DNA of 64,000 nt, taken from assembly GCA_046563655.1 (NCBI GenBank), contig CM102285.1, positions 10,478,001 to 10,542,000 on the forward strand, read 5' to 3'. Position numbers and translations under genes: made by a program. The notes under the pieces are model-generated. The model saw nothing but the letters and a program-made list of their open reading frames with translations, had not been told where the DNA came from and ran no database searches. Origin of the DNA: Yuukianura sp. NJ FZ-2021. Its lineage: Eukaryota. Positions 24,279-36,400 of this stretch are shown one piece after another; within the stretch, counting starts at the first letter, position 1; the number at the start of each line of letters is the position of its first letter.

Positions 24279-25791
24279 TCAATAGTATCGTTTCCGAAAT
24301 TTGTTATAGAAAAGTAGCCAAGGAAGAAGGCCGTAGCGTCTCATCAGAGACGGATCATACGGGCTGAATCCACATTTCTGCAACCTATCAAGGTACAACT
24401 TGGAAGGAAGAGCTGCCATGAACACTATTTCGGGACTAGCACCGGTGTAACCTATTCGCTTGATCTCATCTGCAATAGATTCCTTCAATGTTTTAGCCTG
24501 TCACCAAAAGCAACTGGATTAGAATTTGCGATTTCGAATTATGGAAAACAATGACGAGTAGAACGTTACATGTTCATAATGAGCAACTGCTTGGGAAGCC
24601 ATTTCAAACACTAGATTCTGTATCTTCTCAGTCTCATCCACGCGAATAAAGTTCTCCTGTGACAAAGTGTGTTTTAGAAGAAGATCTTGTGGTACTAAAA
24701 TTCGGCGTGTCCTTCGAGAATGCGGAAGTGATCTAATGAAATTTGTGATTCCAATTGTCTTTCCAAAATGACTAGCCGCATGATCCAAGTGTTTTGATTT
24801 TAGCCCTTCAGAAACAAGAAATAGAACGTAAACGAGCCCGAATCGTTTGAAAGGATACAATATTTCTCACGAACCTAAGTAATCAAAGATGATGTAGAAA
24901 ATAGGCGAAACGGATTTCTCAGAATATGCTTCAAGATCAGCCAAAGAGTTAAAAGGAGAGTCTGTCATGGTATCCTGTCGAGATTCCACTAGATTCGTAA
25001 ACCATCGCTTCGAAAGTGCGCCTTCACCAATGACTTCCTGCCCAGACAAACACTATTGGTTAAATTCAAGAGGAAGTTTCAAATTCATTCCAATCTATAA
25101 ATCAAAGTGGAATAGTGGAAATTGTCCTTGAAGAAGAACCAAAGTACCCACCGATAACTCTTGAATAACAGGGTGTCTTGGGACGGGTTTGTTGGGATAC
25201 TTTCCAAATAGATGATCTACTGCATCTCGCCAGAAAGCGAGTCGCCCAAGACCAGTCTCTCTGAAAGTTACATTCTCTCGAACCGTTGCTACTTCGACAT
25301 TGAAAGCCCTAATAGCGAAAAATGCTCGTCGTGTCTTGGCAGGCAGTAAAAGCGTTGTAAGGTATCCCTCATAGTCATGTTTCCTAACAACAAAAAAGCA
25401 AACATGGTCTCAATTTTCAACCCAACCTGACTACTGTAAACATGCCCTTAAAGGTATCAGATATTTCATATTTCCTTCTGTCTAGTGTAGGTAACAACAC
25501 TTGTTCATCTCGATGAATTGTAACTGGAACTAGAAGTTCCAGTTCCAGTTAACAAGTGACAGATAAACCAGTTCTAAGTAGTAGTAGTAGTTTTCAAGTT
25601 TAGAAAGTTTACTTGACAATTCCAATGCAGTATTGAAAAGCCGAGTGGCTTCCCTGTTTAGGTGAACTGACCCTGACCCCGTCCTTGGCCAATTGTGTAG
25701 TCGTTCCCGAACAAAAGGCTCGACTTGCTTCAAAATGTATCCGTAGATGATTTTGAGTCCTCTTGATCGTACAAGTAACGGTCTTTAACAT
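24279..25791 (-). CDS. NDUFAF6: NADH dehydrogenase complex I assembly factor 6 (squalene/phytoene synthase fold), intact copy
   Basis: Basic presequence MLKTVTCTIKR..., spliced AFQYCIGIVK/KHDYEGYLTTLLLPAKTRRAFFAIRAFNVEVA...RLAFWRDAVD, DHAASHFGK, YLDRLQKCGFSPYDPSL. Confidence 0.93.
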
Positions 25792-26190
25792 CACCAAAAG
25801 AACTGAAAGTCAAAAAGCAAACGGTTAACAATGGCACGGTTAATACCCATCATACCTTAACAGCACTACTACCACAGCATTTTCCCAGCATGTGTATTAA
25901 TTTAATACATGTATCGATGTATCGAAATTCCACCGTTACCTATTAACTTCTGTCCGGAGATATGCGTGTACTGTATTGTTCGAAAAATGCGATGATGTCG
26001 CTTGCAAAGCCGAAGTTGGTTGACGAAACCGATTAATGTGAGTACCCCGACCTCTCTCAGATCCGAAAAAAGTGATGCATATTTGCAAAAATGAATGAAA
26101 TACCAACAAAATTCTACGGTAAACAGTGTATCAATTTCCCGCGTTGCGATGTACCGTTATTTTCCACACGTGAGAAATGCGTTGGAGTTA

Positions 26191-26447
26191 GGTTTATGGA
26201 CCTTCATTGTACAGTGTAGCCGCTTTTAGTGCTACACTGCGGCAACTTGTCTCTTTTCATAAAAATTAAAGTGTATTCTTCTAGCTCTTGGACGCGGTTG
26301 AATTAATAAAAATTAACGTGTGTTCTAACTTTTGGACATGGTTGAATTTATAAAAATTTGGGCCGTACGCCGCCATATCCATACGCCACGTTTCGGTTGA
26401 AATAAAATGCGGCTAACTTGTGGCGCTACAATGACGGTCCTTAACCC
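26191..26447. mobile_element. PIF/Harbinger (Tourist)-like MITE
   Basis: 21-bp TIRs GGTTTATGGACCTTCATTGTA / reverse complement GGGTTAAGGACCGTCATTGTA (18/21) flanked by TTA on both sides (26188-26190, 26448-26450); internal imperfect direct repeat TTCTA.CT.TTGGAC..GGTTGAATT.ATAAAAATT. Confidence 0.65.
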
Positions 26448-26925
26448 TTACGACAACCGTAGATAGCGGCAGAGTTGGGCAACAAATTTTTTTTCGGTAG
26501 TTTAGTAAACACTAAAAACTTCAAGCACTGGCAAATACAAGGAACCGATAACAGTAATTGGTTGGCACTGGACCTAATATGTTAGCAGTATGTAACCTCA
26601 AGAATTAATTAGGTGGTAGAAAATGATTTAATTCCGGCTTTAGCACCGATTTTCTCTTCTGACAATTTCTCCGTTACGTAACTTTTACCGTTACCGTTAC
26701 CGGTTTGCCATTACACCGCTCGCTGTTGCTTCGTAGACCTGCATAATGCCCAAAGTTGTTACACTAGCGATTTGCATCATCATTTCCATTCTTGTCTCAG
26801 TCGTTCTTTTTATTTTGCAGAAACAGTTCAAGCAGTTCTTGGGGAACGAGGTCAAAAGGTCAGTCAACTTGTTTGTACTCTGTTATTACTGACACTTCCG
26901 TTGATTACCTTTGTATTCCATTCTA

Positions 26926-29900
26926 ATGCTTTCGGTGTTGTGTCGTCAGATTTGTGCCAGTCGTTCCCGCAGCGGCAGTGTCATCAACTGCCGATCCGTC
27001 TTCACCCGATCCGCTTGGAACTTTTGTTTCTCAGCTGCTTTTACTCGTTTCGTCCCTAAAGATTATTTAGTACGTGCCTGTGTACCGAATTCGGAATATA
27101 CTTGCCAACATTATTCACCAACGCTCACGTATCTCGCCAACAGGACGCCATTATCAACTTTACATTCACCTTTGACATCACAAGTTCATCCAAAGTTCCA
27201 GCAAGGGAGCGAGAATATGGCTGACAAGGACGTATCGAAAATGGAGCAGTTCAGTCGTCTCCCGAAGACTGTGGTTCCTAGTCATTACAAGCTGAAATTG
27301 AAGCCAAATCTAACGACTTTTGTTTTTGAAGGGAGCCAAGAAGTTACGATCAAGGTATTAGTACAACTACGTATGTATAAATACTACTTAAAACATGCAA
27401 GCGTTAGCGTTGTGTAAATGGTTTATCATCGATGTATTACAGATTGAGGCTGAGTCGTCGGAGATTTGTATGAATGCAGCAGATCTAAAGGTATCCGACA
27501 TCGAATGGATTGATGCCAACGGAAAGTCCCAACTGCCTAAGGTCTTTGCGTTGAATGAGACGGAGGAAGTTCTTAAGATCGAGTTCAGCCCTGCATTGGC
27601 TGTAGGAACCGGAACTTTGAAGATGTCATTTGTCGGGGAGCTGAATGACAGTCTGAAGGGCTTTTATCGGTCAAAGTACAAGGGACCAAATGGAGAAGAC
27701 AGATTCAATGCTGTGACTCAATTCGAAGCAACAGACGCCCGCCGCTGTTTTCCATGCTGGGACGAGCCCGCGATTAAGGCAACATTTGATGTGACTCTGG
27801 TGACACCGAAAGATCGAGTAGCTCTGTCCAACATGGTAATGTTGCTTTCTGATGCTTCCCATGATAAGGATGAATTGTATTAGAACTCTAATTTTCTAAT
27901 TCTGTTTAGCCGGTAAAATCAACCAAAGCTTATGAAGGCGACGAGAATCTGCAAGTTCTTGAATACGAAACTACGCCAATTATGTCCACGTATCTTCTCG
28001 CATTTATCGTTGGAGAATTTGATCACGTAGAGAAGTTGTCTGAGGATGGAGTTCTTTGTCGTGTGTACACTCCAGTAGGAAAGAAAGACCAAGGCCAATT
28101 CGCGCTGGATGTGGCTGCTCGGGTACTGCCTTACTACAAAGACTACTTTGGAATCGCTTACCCACTTCCAAAGATGGACTTGGTGGCAATTGCGGATTTT
28201 TCGTCAGGTTAGTTCGTACTTTTGTACTAGCTTAAATCTAGGAGATCTAATTTTCATATTATTTGTTTGATGTGCTCCATTAGGTGCAATGGAGAATTGG
28301 GGATTAGGTATGTGAATCATAACGTTTGTCTCAAAGCAGTTAATTTAAAGATATTTAAATATGGTTTACGTGGATAGTCACCTATCGAGAGTCGGCCTTG
28401 CTTGTTGACAAAAATGAATCATCTGCAAGCAGCCGGCAGTGGATTGCAATTGTCGTTGGACACGAATTGGCCCACCAGGTGAATGCGATAAATGATTTTG
28501 CTTCAACTTCGTCCTGTATTCATGAAATTAACAAACGTTTTGATTATTTTTCAGTGGTTTGGGAACTTAGTGGTAAGTTTAACAGGACAGTCGAAACCCA
28601 CGAAAATTGTATAATTTTTAACTTCTTTCGAATGCTTAATTTCAGACTATGGAATGGTGGACACATTTATGGCTGAATGAAGGCTACGCTTCGTTCGTCG
28701 AGTAAGAATATTTGATGTTATATTTTTTAGTGCTTTGATTCTATTTGAGTTAATGATTTTACAAATTAGATACATGTGCGTGGAACGTCTGTTTCCTGAA
28801 TACGATATTTGGACCCAGTTCGTCATCAGCGCTCATAATCCGGCACTGGAGCTAGACTGTCTCTCGAACAGTCATCCGATTGAAGTTCCTGTAAATCATC
28901 CTCGAGAAATCGATGAGATCTTTGATGACATTTCGTACAACAAGGGAGCGTCTGTGATACGTATGCTTCATGACTTCATTGGAGATGAAAACTTTAAGAA
29001 AGGAATGAATATTTACTTAACTCGGCATCAGTACAGCAATACGTTTACCGAGGATCTCTGGAAAGGTGTGACAAGCTTTCTATTTTGTTCGCTTCGAATT
29101 GTTTTCAAGTATAATTCTTTAGCATAAAATTTTTTTGATATAGCTCTTGGTGAAGCGTGTTCGAAACCCGTGGGAGACATCATGACAACTTGGACTAAAC
29201 AAATGGGCTTCCCGCTCATCACCGTCGAAGAAGAGAAACAAGATGGAAACAGCAGAATCGTGACACTTTCGCAGCGAAAATTTTGGGCCGATCCGAAATT
29301 GAAGTCTAAGTACGAAGAATACAATTGGATGGTGCCATTGTCCTTTAGCACAAGCGCTGCTCCGAAGGAAGTGGCTCATAAAGTATTACTTGACAAAGAG
29401 CGGATTTCCATCAAGATTGACAATGTCAGCCCTGGTGACTGGATCAAGGTATGTTAAACGCTTAACTAACTTAATAAAAATCATTCAAAAACAAGACTAA
29501 CTTGACATGATCACTATTTCTTAGGTTAACCCGGGAACAGTTGGATTTTATAGAGTACATTACCCCAGTTTGACTCAATTTGTCAAATCCATCCAAACTA
29601 AAGCAATGCCTCCGTTGGATCGCTTGGGACTAGTCGATGACACATTTGCTTTGGTGCAAGCTGGTGAAGCCAAAACGCTCAGCGTGAGTAGTGCTAGACA
29701 CTTTTTGTATCGCGGTGAATGAGTAATTGATTTGTCATTATGTTTTCAGGTTTTGAAGCTTGCTGAAGCTTTCGTGGACGAAGACAATTACACAGTATGG
29801 GCAAGCATTGGCAGTATTTTCGGAAAGCTGAACCTTTTGATGCCGTACACAGACTATCACAAGGAGTTCAAGGCCCATGGAAGAAAAATTTTCAGCAAAA

Positions 29901-30788
29901 TTGAGGAACGCTTGACTTGGGAACCGAAAAAAGATGAGGGCCATCTTCAAGCAATGTTGAGGTCATTGGTCCTAAATCGCATGATCTCATTTGATAACGA
30001 GGCAACCAGAATCGAAGCTCAGAAGCGATTTGAACTTCATACTGCTGAAAAAGAAAAGGATCGAGTGCCAATCATCCCGGATCTCCGAAGTGCAGTCTAC
30101 AAGGCTGTTCTGTCTACTGCAGATCAGGCCATGCTAGATAAAATCCTGGACGTATGTTGAGCATTTATTAGAGTTTAATTAATACATAGTTAAATGCTAT
30201 ATATTTCTGTTTAGATGTACTGTAACACCGACTTACAAGAGGAGCAGGACCGCATTTCGCGAGCTTTAGGAGCCATTGGAAGCATCTCCCCAGCAAACCC
30301 GGAGGAAGCCAGCGAGAAGCGGAAGCTTCTGAAACAAGTACTTGATTTCTCCATTTCGGAGAAAGTTCGAAAGCAGGATACGGTCTTTGTTCTTATTTCG
30401 GTTGGAATGAGCAAGGAAGGCAGAGAGTTGGCGTGGGAATTCTTCAAAGACAATTGGCAATATTTCAAAGACAACTACCCCGTAAGTATATGCGATTCTT
30501 CAAACATTTCTAAAAATTTTCTTCTCAACTGACGGGGAATGATTATTATTCCAGTGTCAACACATTGCCCGAGTTGTGAAGTACGTCATTGACAGTTTCG
30601 TCACTGAAGAGAAAGCTGTGGACGCTGAGACATTCTTCCGCGACCATCCATTCCCTGGAACTGAACGCACCGTTCAGCAATCCGTGGAGCAAATTCGGTT
30701 GAACGCTGCTTGGATCGAGAGAGACTTTGCCGAAGTTGGAGAGTTTCTGAAACAATCGTATGCTCATATTCAACGCACAGAGTTATAA
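26926..30788 (+). CDS. NPEPPS: Puromycin-sensitive aminopeptidase (M1 family); alternative start at 27217
   Basis: [71 protein letters not shown] (HEXXH-X18-E), [36 protein letters not shown]. Confidence 0.96.
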
Positions 30789-33315
30789 TTTGTCTCTGGT
30801 ATACTTTTTCAGTTCTTTTCTAACTGATTTCACTGGGCTGATGGGTATTAAAGTTGATTTGAACTTTTGCTTACCAACTGTAAGCTCTGCACAATGTTCA
30901 TTTCGATGTTGGTTGCTCCTCGAACCTCAAGAAGACACCCTGGGAACTTTCATTTGTCACAAATCATTTCAAATGACGAGTGATTGACGGTAAGGGGCAG
31001 TAGGAAATACATCTTCTGGTGCTTTAGACAATTTACGATTAGAAAATTTTCGTTAGCTCGTCAAACTTCTGTTCCCAAGTCCTTTTTCTTTTCGTTTTTG
31101 ATCGATCATACTAGCATTTTACAAGAGATTTATGAAGTTATGATTTGTAGAAGCCCAGGGACGCCATATTCACTCCCTCCAACGCTGTATTTTGCATTCT
31201 GATCATCTATTTTGAGATTTAATTTAACCATATCATTTCATCTGAGGAGTCGATTGGGGATGAAATGTAATTCCAATAAGGCTCTCATCCTCCTAGAATA
31301 CTAAACAGAGGAGAAAATTTCTTTGCCTTCATCTTCCTTGTGAAAGATGATTTGTAACTTATTAAAGCTTCACCTTAGAGATCTTCCCCTATTGAATTTA
31401 GATTTGGAACAATGGATTAATGATTTGTAATTTCCTGGTTATTATTGGTTCGAAATGGTGACAACTGACATGCCCACTTTTTTTCATTTACTATGTAGTT
31501 ACAAGTTATTGCTCTCTGAAGAAATCGTTTTCGTCTTGCAAACGGACGCTATAACTCTTTTCAATCAGTTGACATACAAAGTTTCATGTTAGCACAAAAA
31601 TAATCTGAAGCGAAGTATTTTTTATGATGCTGGTGCTTTATGTTCTGTAGATCTTAAGGGCTTGGCGGTAGCTTTTTGGGAAGATACAGATCCTTGAGGC
31701 AGTGATTTGAAAACAATGGAAGCTACCTGTCCTCCTCATCTTTGATCGACGGCAGAGATGAGGATGATCCTTGAAATTGGTAGCACCATTTCTAGTAAAA
31801 GTCGGAACTTGTAATTACAAAAGGTACAGAATAGCATCTTGCTGAAAAGGACGCGTGGAGAACTGGAAACAATGTTGGAGAATGCGTCCAAGGTATATTT
31901 GAACATTGTAATTAACGAATTAGAACAAATTATTAGGCTGCACAACTTAAAAATTTTAACAAAAGGTTTTTGTTAACAGGGGATCTTGGCGTTACCTCCT
32001 CCTTGAACAGATTCAACTGCCCGGGTATCAGACAAGATGATTCCAATGGACACTTAAACAAGGCGGAAGATCCATGAAATGGATCTTTATCCCTTGACAC
32101 GCGCTAGTCATCTTCCCCTTCTTTGGAAACTCCTTCCATTGGATCTTATTGTAATTAATACGTCGCAGGAAGAGGGATAATCACACCTTTAATTAAGGAG
32201 TGTGCTGTACTGAATTACTTTTCCCATTGTTACCCAACTGACAACATGCTCTTACCATTTATTATTATATGTTTCTTATAATAATTTTTGTGCTGCTTTC
32301 AGGAAGATGCTTGTCGAAGAAAATGATTTGGAGATTCGGCAGCGGCGTGCACTTGGAAGTTTCAAGTCGGAACTCATCAATTTTTATAGATGTGAAAAGT
32401 CAGCTTTCTTTTGATAAAGAGAAATCCAGCATTTTTTGGAAGCGTTGATTGATTTTTTGCATTCGAGAAGTGTGAATTTTTGAACAAATTGAGAAAAACA
32501 GTATCTTTGTGGGCGTATGAACTATGAAGTCTTGAAAAAACGCATCTTAGCATTTTTATGCAATGGAATTTATGGGGTTGAAATATTTCGGAGATGAGGC
32601 TGATGATGTTGGTGATGAGGTACGTTTTTGTAGTCACCACAGATGAAGATGAGCTAATTCTAAAGATGTCTTCATTTTTTGCTCTTCAAAGTACCAGTCT
32701 TGCCTCATCTTCCTTGTTTGTTGTTTCAACGGTGGAGATGATTTGTTTAGAAATTAAGATCGTGTTCCCATTGTTCAAGATGCATTAGGAGCCCTTGCTT
32801 GGTCCACATCAGACGAAAGTGAAAGGATTCTTATCCTAATGCTGTGTATTTGTACTGTCGGCATTCTGCCTTCATCCACTTTAAGTTCATTAGAAGTCAA
32901 TAATGAACTCATTATTTATCTTAAGGTGCTTCAGAGCCATGCGTCGTGAACTCATTTGTTTTAAGTGTCTTCAGATTACTTGCAACACTCTGCGCATAAA
33001 GTCTAGCTCTTGGTTGATTAAGAGATCAAGTCCCAGCCTCCCATCACAAGAAACATGAGAATCTTGAATTATATGCGCACAGAGAACTTCCATTGTTTTC
33101 AGTTTCAGCTTGGGGAAGATTCTCATCCTAATCAAGATCCGGGATTCTCTTTCTACTTTGAACTTGAGATGTTTCGATTTAAAATTCTGAAATTTTGAGT
33201 CACTATTTGTCTTTGTCTGCAAACAAGGATCAAATTTCTGAACAACTCAACTTAAAAGAGAAAGTTAAAACATCATAAGAAAGAAGGCATTTTCAATTTA
33301 AAGCTTTCCACAAAT

Positions 33316-33479
33316 CTTTCTCCAACGGTGAAAGTTAGAAGTTTCTGAAAATTGGAAACTTTTTTTCAAGATTGCTTTAAACTTCTGAGAATTTGTAATT
33401 TTTGTTTTCAATTTTTGGAATTTTCTGTCCAATGCTTTCTCCGCAACGGTGAAATTTGCAAGTTCTCGCAAATTGGAAA
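33316..33479. repeat. Imperfect ~45-bp direct repeat (2 copies)
   Basis: CTTTCTCCAACGGTGAAAGTTAGAAGTTTCTGAAAATTGGAAA at 33316 vs CTTTCTCCGCAACGGTGAAATTTGCAAGTTCTCGCAAATTGGAAA at 33435. Confidence 0.6.
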
Positions 33480-36400
33480 GTGTTGAGAAATTGAATTGTT
33501 GATTCTATGTTTAGATAGATAATGATGAACATCCATTTTATGAAAAATATTAGGAAGAATATTTTACAATTTCAAAACACCTAAAATTTAACAAGAACAA
33601 GAAAAAATTGGCCAAAAAAACCCTAGGACTTATAGTCTATGATTTTTTTTCAAAATTTGGTTAAAACTTAAGGGTTTCTTTTTAAACTTTCTAAAAATGC
33701 TACGTGCTTTTATGAGTTCAGACACGCAGAGGTTACCTTTCTAACGCTTTCCATTCCAAAGTTATGAATTTTTAAAGTTTTTGATTTTTTAAATTTTGTG
33801 AAAGAGATTTAACACGGCGAGGTTGGGAAGCCTGTTTCAAAAGTGATCGAAGGGGCAAGGGGATCGTACGGCCGAGAAAGGCTCCCTGCCCACCTCAACT
33901 TTTCCCGCAACTTGCTTTATTTGGCCGCGAAGCAGAAGAGGGGTGTCTCTCTTCGTGCTGTACAAGACCCTATCTCAATTCTACCAAATTCCCACTCGCA
34001 CTTTCCAATTCCAATGATCACACAACTTTTAAAATTGCAACTTTTTGGCGAGTTCTTTGCCTTCATCGCTCTTGGTCAAATTCGCGGATCAACAGTTTAT
34101 GTAATTTGGTGCAAAAAATAAATAATAAAATGCAACTTTAATGCAATTTCTTTAATGCATCATAAGTTTTATGGATTTTGCAAAGAAAAAAATTACGCAC
34201 GTCTTTTCTACGCTTGTCAACGTTTTATTTTTGTATAAATTCTCTAGCGTAATTCGAATTTACGAAATGATATGAAAAAGTGAGCAAACTTTTATGTTTT
34301 TAGTTGAATTTTTCGTGGGTAACCACGAATACTATTTTATTTGATTCTCTTGCTATTTCCTCACGTCGTACAATAAAACTTTTTCGATTTTCCTTGTTAG
34401 AAGTTCTGCTTAAAACCAAGTAGGAAAAGAATTAATTTTCACACGGCGGTTAGTTTTAGCAATTAAAAATTCTCATTCTCAGCCATTTTATGTACAATTT
34501 AAAAAAAAGCGAGAATTTGTTTTAAAAAATTCTAAAAATTTCAAATTTTCTGTGGTTGCTGGGACTCAATTGGTCGGTTCACGTTGCGAAACATTTTCTC
34601 GTCGGGGTTGGTAATGGATAGAATTTAACCTCTTCCAAATTTCCCATCAAATACTTTCTTCATGGGGAAAGTAGACATCCTTTGGCAAATTGGAAACTTG
34701 TTGCAAAATTGGTATAAAATTCTTAGAGTTTTTGATTTTATGTTATAAATTCTTGAAATTTCTTTGTCTTTCTCGGATCTTTGGATCTGTAAACATTCTT
34801 TAAGGAATGCAGGGGAGTGGATCAGATGAAAGTAGAAGAAAAATGCGCGAAGATTCAAGGAAAGCGTGAAAATGAATGAGATTCTTCAGTAATTATTTCG
34901 TTTTGTAAATTTTAAATGTAGTTTAGCGGAGTGGTGTCGTTAAAATATTCGTCTTTGGTTTAGGAACCAATGAGCCAGGGAGGTTGAATGGACTGAGCAA
35001 AGGGTTGGAGCAATTTAAAATGTAAAAGTACGGAGATTCGAATAATCTTAATTAGGAATCTGTAAATTCAGTTTAAGTTGCCATTGTTTCCTTCAACAAT
35101 TTTTCCTCTCTTACATATTCCATCAATCTCTAAAGGCTCCAATCCCTTAAAACTTTCGTTGTTCTTGCTCTGGATGTCACTTGCGGATTAACCTGTTGAA
35201 AGGTTGAACTAGGGAGTTAAGATATGAATCAATCCAAGATTTATTACTGGCGACACTTCTTCAACTTGAAGAGAGAACAAGAACTAGAGCGTGAGGTGTC
35301 AAGTTGTCCGCTTCATCTGCAGATCATAATGAATTGCATGCGGAGGAACTTGTTCTTCTTTAAATTTAATTGAATCTCAACGATGTTTCCCCTCCTGCCT
35401 TAAGAAGATGTTTTCAGAGATCTAACGTCCTCTTTATGGCTGATTTGGCTGATACCAAACCTGGATTTTAGGAAGAAATCGTCTTTTACAATCAGGATTT
35501 TGGTACTCAGGAGCAATCAAGGTGCAGTTTGCACTCGGGGAGCAAAACATTTCTGCAATTTCAGTGGCAAAATCCTGAAAATTACACCAGAGTTTTGTAC
35601 AAGAATTGACTTGATCAGTTATCAAGAAGAGAATCAACAACCTTTGATTTGGAAAATGTGTACGCAAATGATGAATTTTTTTTTAACTTAACGGCTTTCT
35701 TGTGGTCTAATGTCAGTCATGGGAGTGTTTTGAACGTTTGAATTGGGGTGGTCTTCATATTTCATTGTTTGACTGAGGAGCGTGCAAGTAATGTTCCGAT
35801 TTTGAACATGAAACTTATTTAGCATACTTAATTAGTTTTTGTAAGTACTCCGTTGATTGCCATTCTCTTATGGTTTCATCAGTGCACTCTGTTTCATGTA
35901 AAACGCAGTACATCTGCTTCAGATCTTTGTTATATTAGTAACATCATCTTCCGCCTTAAGGAGATGAAACAGAGAGATCCCAACAATAGGTTTTTCGTCT
36001 TCAGATCTATTCTGCTGTCCACCATCCTCTGCGGCATCCCAAGACTAAGAAAAATGAGTTCACCTTTAATTAGAATTGAAAAGAGGCTTCTTCATTAATC
36101 TGATATTATCCAATTGTAAAGCACAAGAGGAAGTTACCAAGATCTGCAGGGGATAAGTCGTCTTCCTGCTTCGTTTTAAGCCGACAATTGACTCATCATC
36201 GGAAATCAAAAACAATTGGAGTGAATTAACGATTGGAAATTGGAGTTGAAATGGCAGGGGATGAACCAAAATCCTTTGAATTAAAATCAAACAGCATTGT
36301 GTTTTCCAAATTTGCAGTTGCAGATCAATGACTTTCCTTAATTACTTAATTACGTCAGTGCAATTAAATTAATATTCTATTCATTTGAAAATTGCACCAA

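Larger units (their letters stand above)
21701..24845 (+). repeat. Direct segmental duplication, copy B
   Basis: Partner of 9071-12067. Confidence 0.97.

Noticed and set aside
9071..24845. Autonomous transposon or LTR element explaining the repeats
   Set aside because: No transposase, integrase, reverse transcriptase or helicase ORF; the repeats consist of host genes.
25521..25592. Short hairpin AACTGGAACT/AGTTCCAGTT and (TAG)n in an NDUFAF6 intron
   Set aside because: Too short and low-complexity to support an RNA gene call.
31640..32420. Exon-like blocks with plausible splice sites downstream of NPEPPS
   Set aside because: No consistent open frame could be assembled and no motif was recognised.
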